Positions 32,880-37,419 of a DNA stretch of 37,419 nt are shown in pieces. A model generated the notes under the pieces. That model did not search any database and had not been told where the DNA came from. It was given only the letters and a program-made list of their open reading frames with translations. The first letter of the stretch is position 1; every line of letters begins with the position of its first letter. Source of the DNA: Dimargaris cristalligena (taxonomy: Eukaryota); assembly GCA_003614675.1 (NCBI GenBank), contig ML002367.1:1-37419 (forward strand), in the 5' to 3' direction. The position numbers and the translations under genes are program-made.

Positions 32880-35465
32880 CGAGACAGCTCCGTCGCTAGT
32901 GGAATGGTCGGCTGGTGAGGAGGTGGGGCCTGCGGAGTCTATAGAAGGAAAAGTAGTGACGAAAAGGGACAGCCGAGCCAATGGGGTAGTGGTGAACTAG
33001 GGAAGAGCGCATTCAAGCAATCGGGGGCCATGCACTTAAAATGTAAAGGTTCGGTAGTAGGGGAAGGCAAACGAAACGACAGCCGGCTCTTGCCAAAGAG
33101 AATAATATATATATATATATAGTGAGAGTAGTGGGTTAAGCAAGGGGCAGGTAAAAAGAAGCTTAGGCCTTTTGGTTAAGGAGGCGCGGGGGAATAGTAT
33201 TCTATATATATGCTGAGGACTACTGACTGGGTCAGGGTTGGAGCTGTGCGTGTATGCAGCGGTGAGGCTAATCTTTGGATTATTTGGTCGCCCAATATGA
33301 ATAAAAAACATCCTTCCACACATATGCGGACCGGCCATTGCACAATAGCCCTCTCCTTTCTTTTCCTTCCCCTACGCGCGTATAAATCTGTTGTACAACT
33401 ATACAAATATATACCCTTATTTATACACACGTTCCTCGCCTCTTTCCGCTATTATGGAACACAGGTGGTGGTGGTGTATGTTTCCAAGGCAACAGTGATC
33501 CTCTCTCCTTTACTCGGCTAGCCAGTATGCTCACGTAATCAGTTGTTCCCCCTCCCATCATTTGCGGAACTCGTTATCACCATACTGCGTGGACTTCACT
33601 ACAGGTATATAGCATCTCTATTCGCTTGAATGTAGGCGTAGAAGTGAGAAAGAAAGAGAGAGAGAGAGAATCAACCTCTCTCCCCGCTGCGGTGTTCTTT
33701 GGGGAATCCTACACCGGTCTGATCACGTGCGTAGGCCCGGCTTTCACCACTGGCAGAAAAGGGGAGGAGGCCTATTTCAATCCATAATGCGTATGACACC
33801 TCCCCCCCTTCCTATCCTTAGTACACGGCAACATAATTACTAATAACTTAACTGGTGGCGGGTGGCTAAATATAATCCCCGCAAAGAAGACCTACGGTTA
33901 ATCTATTTCCCTCCATCCCCACTCATCTCATTGTATATATTTTTGGGGGATTTACCCCGGCCCTAACAAAACTAACGCGGTCTGCTGCCTGTCTGTTCCA
34001 GTCAATGGACCCCCCGAGATCAACCCCCCACGGCCACACGGAAAAATTGAACGTATCACCACCACCTTCTTCAATGATATAAACCTTGGCTGCTTGATTT
34101 CTTGGTCGAGGGACGGGAAAGGCCAAACGGCGTACTCGTGCTGGTACGGGCCATCGGTACCCACTGCTAGTCTTCATGTTTCGGTGGTCAACTTTTGGAA
34201 TCCAATCCCTTGATAGAAGGAGGCCAAGCCTGGTCATCTCATAGAGATTAACTAAAGACCCTCTTACTCAACCCGCTTGGCACTAAGTTTATCTTAATTT
34301 TCCACCGAAAACGGCTCCTTGGAATGTTCTACAGGTCACCTTGGATTCAAAAAGGGGCAACTAGTGAAGGTATTTTTGTAGCCCAATTATATCCATGTAG
34401 AAGAGACACACTATGTTGGAAACGACCGTAGAATTACAAAACGAACGAATTAACTGAGACCCAACCCATTATGGGTAGGTAGAGGCAGCTCCATCTATCT
34501 ATCCATTGGTAACTTTATAGAGCTCCAATCCAACCAACTTCGCTCGCCAATAAGTTAGGCCCCGCCCTGAGCTCCCCGAAATCGCTGGAGTTCTCGAGTC
34601 TGAGGGTACGGAATGGCCCCGTCCCGAATTTACTTCAAAAATACCCTATATATAATAAACTTGTTCAAAAAAGAAATTACTCCTCATGCATGCAGTACAA
34701 AAACTGCATGCTAACGAAGAGGCGGCAACACAAGATAGGGGAGCAGCTGTCAATCACGCATTACTAAGCACTGACCCTGAATATCGATGATCAGTGTGTA
34801 CTACAACTAGGGCCCCTACTTCCATTCCAGCCGGTCTCGGCGGTGACAACTGCTCCCCTTTCACTCTATAGCAAGGTCACCGTGGACATGGGCAGGTCAA
34901 AAACCACCCTAATAAATATAAAACTCCAAATAATAAATTAATGAATGTACACCCAACTCCGCGATAAGCACATTATCGACAGCAGAGACTTGGGGGAATT
35001 ATACCCGACGATTGTTAGTATTTTGCACCCAAGGGGGGCGGATGACATGAAACCCCATGTTTTTTTTAATGGTTATATAAAGTCAAAAGAGGTACACAGG
35101 CGGGAGGGGGTATCAAAATGGATAGATAGGTGAAACAATAATTACAAACCCAGTGTGTCAGAGAAAAGAAGATAAAAAAGGGGGGTTGAACCAACAGGCA
35201 TTGCGGTACCCAACTGATTGGTGCTAAACCATCAGCGTCATAATGAAACACTGGGCGATACATAGCCAAGCCAATGGGTGAGAAGCGGGACACCAGGCAC
35301 CACAAAGCTAGAGCACAGTTACCTTGTATTCAACGAATCCAAAAAAAAAACCCCCTCGGCAAAATATGGCCAAAGGCAATAAGCCTAGTCCCCCAGTAAG
35401 TCAATCCAATGTAGCCGACGCTGACCTGGACAAGGGGGCCTACATAACATTTAAGCAGGACACCA

Positions 35466-35487
35466 ATATATATATATATATATATAT
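35466..35487. repeat. (AT)11 microsatellite downstream of the AAA gene stop
   Basis: Perfect dinucleotide run. Confidence 0.95.
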
Positions 35488-35590
35488 GAAAAAGTATTAC
35501 TTAACAACAACCAAAACGATGAAGTATTAAATCAATTCCCCAGTGACCATCCTAACTAGATAAAGTAGACAGTCAAAATGTCTACAAGCG

Positions 35591-37419
35591 TTAACGGCGG
35601 TAATGGTCCCCACCATGCAACTGGTGCCATTGTTTAAAAAAGGTGGAACGCACAGGATCCATAGGCGATTTGAAATGCCGCAAGGCCAGTCGCCAGTCTG
35701 TCACACTGACGGGGCGAATCGCATCGGCCGACATGGTTAAGAGCTGCTGGGAATCCGCTATTTCACGAATAGGCTGGAAGGCCGCTTCTTTTCCAATGAT
35801 TTGGATGTCTGGGTAGGAATAGCCGCTCGTAAGTTCGACGAGATAGTCGATTTGGGGAGGGGTTAGATTGTGTGGAATGGAGGAGGCTTGGGGTGGGGCG
35901 GGATTAAGGGCGGCAGTGGAGACGGAGGTGGAAGAGCAGGACGAGGACGAGGGGGACGACTGTGGCGGGACGGCGGACACCGCCGTGCCCGCAATTGCTG
36001 AAGAAGGTGCGTTATTATGATGGTAGTGATTATCGGATCCCCGCAGGAGCTGCATAATCAAGTTATAGCGCATCATAAGATCAGGTAGAGGCAAGTACAC
36101 CTGGCCTAAAAATTTCCGTCGGAGGGTCTCTGGTATCAATTCGGGGCGGTTAGTGGCGGCCAGCCATACAACCGGAGGCGGTTGAATAGACGGCGAAAAG
36201 AATGAAGATGTATGGGTGCGTCTGATTGAAGGTGGGTGTTGAAAAAATGGCAGCGAGGCCGTTGAAGACCCATATTGATGGTGGGCCAATGTTGCCGAGG
36301 GAGTGAGATCATTTGAGTGTAGGGAGTCAGAAAACTCACCAGAATTGGGAGTCGGTGTATACAAAGAATGGCGAAAGGGGGATGTGGAGGGGAAGGGTTC
36401 CAGGGTGGGTACCAACTCAGTGGTCTGGGTAGTTTCGTCTAATAACCGTCCAAATTCAACAGACCAGTCGGCGCCGGATGTCACTGGTTGCATTGGGTTG
36501 TTACCATCACCACCGTTACCACCAGTGCGGCTAGTGGGGTGCAATAGAAAATCCAGGTCATCCCAGAACACCACCGACGGACTCATTTCGGAAGCCAAGG
36601 TCGATAAAGACTGCAGAAACAACGAGCGCTGTTCGGGGGCTACGTTGGCCCATACTCCTGGAGTAACGTGGAAAAAGGCACTGCGGGCCTGATGGGCAGC
36701 GGCTCGCACTAACAGGGTTTTCCCTCCGCCCGGAGGTCCGTACAGTAGCAGCCCCCGGGGCGGGGCACGGATGCCCGTAAAAAGATCGGGCCGGAGAAGG
36801 GGGAATATAACGGTTTCGCGCATAGTCTTTTTAGGGCCCTCAAGCCCAGCGATGGCATCCCAGGACATGAGCGCATAGGGCTGGAAGACGTGAGTTAATA
36901 TCCACCGCATAATCATCTCGTCGACGCCCTGACCCCGTAGGCGAGCCATGATTTCACCGGGACCCGGACGTTGCAGCTGTGTTGGAGGTGGCACATTGAG
37001 AGATGTCGATGATGCGGTATGTAAAAGGGGGCGGTCGAGGGTTGTCGGTTGGGCCAAGGGTGACTCGGGTAGGTGGGCGGGGGGTCGGAATTGAGAATGA
37101 ATGGGGGAAGGTGCCAGAACGGGTGCGGGGGAAGGTGAGGGCGAGGGTGACAGAGAGGGTGAGGATGAAGGGGGGCGTGGTGGGACAACGGCAATAGACG
37201 ATCGGTTCAAATTATTTGAATTGGTCTGGGATTGGCCGTCGGTCATTGAAATTGCGGAATCCGATGAACTGGGCGTCGTTGAAGCGGGCCGTGATATACT
37301 AGGACTCACTTTAGCCATGGGGTTAGTGGGGCGGCACGCAACCACGCCGCTTCCATTTAAAGAGTGAGTCGGAAGGGATTGTCGATGCTGACGAAATTCA
37401 ATCGGGGTAGTGGGAAGGG
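35591..37419 (-). CDS. Spastin/fidgetin-like (meiotic clade) AAA protein, 5'-truncated by the window edge, with degenerate catalytic motifs
   Basis: SWDAIAGLEGPKKTMRETVIFPLLRPDLFTGIRAPPRGLLLYGPPGGGKTLL, AATNRP, LTSGYSYPDI...KEAAFQPIRE and a Vps4_C-like end (IRPVSVTDW...FKQWHQLHG). The frame stays open upstream of the listed GTG to the window end. Confidence 0.88.
   Translation of the reverse strand, partial: LPTTPIEFRQHRQSLPTHSLNGSGVVACRPTNPMAKVSPSISRPASTTPSSSDSAISMTDGQSQTNSNNLNRSSIAVVPPRPPSSSPSLSPSPSPSPAPVLAPSPIHSQFRPPAHLPESPLAQPTTLDRPLLHTASSTSLNVPPPTQLQRPGPGEIMARLRGQGVDEMIMRWILTHVFQPYALMSWDAIAGLEGPKKTMRETVIFPLLRPDLFTGIRAPPRGLLLYGPPGGGKTLLVRAAAHQARSAFFHVTPGVWANVAPEQRSLFLQSLSTLASEMSPSVVFWDDLDFLLHPTSRTGGNGGDGNNPMQPVTSGADWSVEFGRLLDETTQTTELVPTLEPFPSTSPFRHSLYTPTPNSGEFSDSLHSNDLTPSATLAHHQYGSSTASLPFFQHPPSIRRTHTSSFFSPSIQPPPVVWLAATNRPELIPETLRRKFLGQVYLPLPDLMMRYNLIMQLLRGSDNHYHHNNAPSSAIAGTAVSAVPPQSSPSSSSCSSTSVSTAALNPAPPQASSIPHNLTPPQIDYLVELTSGYSYPDIQIIGKEAAFQPIREIADSQQLLTMSADAIRPVSVTDWRLALRHFKSPMDPVRSTFFKQWHQLHGGDHYRR

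Noticed and set aside
33160-33182. GGCCTTTTGGTTAAG resembling the U2 snRNA 5' stem
   Set aside because: The branch-point pairing GTGTAGTA and the Sm site do not follow.
36222-36339. Intron-like GTGAGT...ATCAG within the AAA insertion
   Set aside because: It is 118 nt, so removal would frameshift before the conserved AATNRP motif; the unspliced frame is open.
1-37419. CRISPR arrays, prokaryotic operons, transposase or reverse transcriptase ORFs
   Set aside because: The DNA is eukaryotic and spliced; I saw no regularly spaced repeats and no DDE or RT motifs in the ORF track.

Overview
Eukaryotic, intron-containing fungal DNA: GC-rich exons, GTAAGT...YAG introns of about 130-340 nt, and AT-rich intergenic stretches. 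The style suggests an early-diverging fungus, possibly Zoopagomycota/Dimargaris-like; this is an unverified inference. I reconstructed eight protein genes by hand. They are a 2-exon small secreted cationic protein (+), intronless MCM6 (-), a 7-exon ADIP/SSX2IP/Msd1-like coiled-coil protein (-), a kinesin-5/BimC with 4 coding exons (-), a 6-exon WBP11 with a 17-nt micro-exon (+), a signal-peptide plus F-box-like gene whose frame carries two in-frame stops (-), a 6-exon alpha/beta hydrolase (-), and a 5'-truncated spastin/fidgetin-like AAA protein with degenerate catalytic motifs (-). Intergenic DNA holds several copies of a ~145-bp TA-flanked MITE-like family and a second 66-bp repeat with CpG-decay signatures. 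The most interesting items are the secreted F-box-like effector candidate, the probable pseudo-ATPase, the MITE family, and the MCM6/Msd1/kinesin-5 run with shared promoter motifs. No rRNA, tRNA or CRISPR array could be supported.
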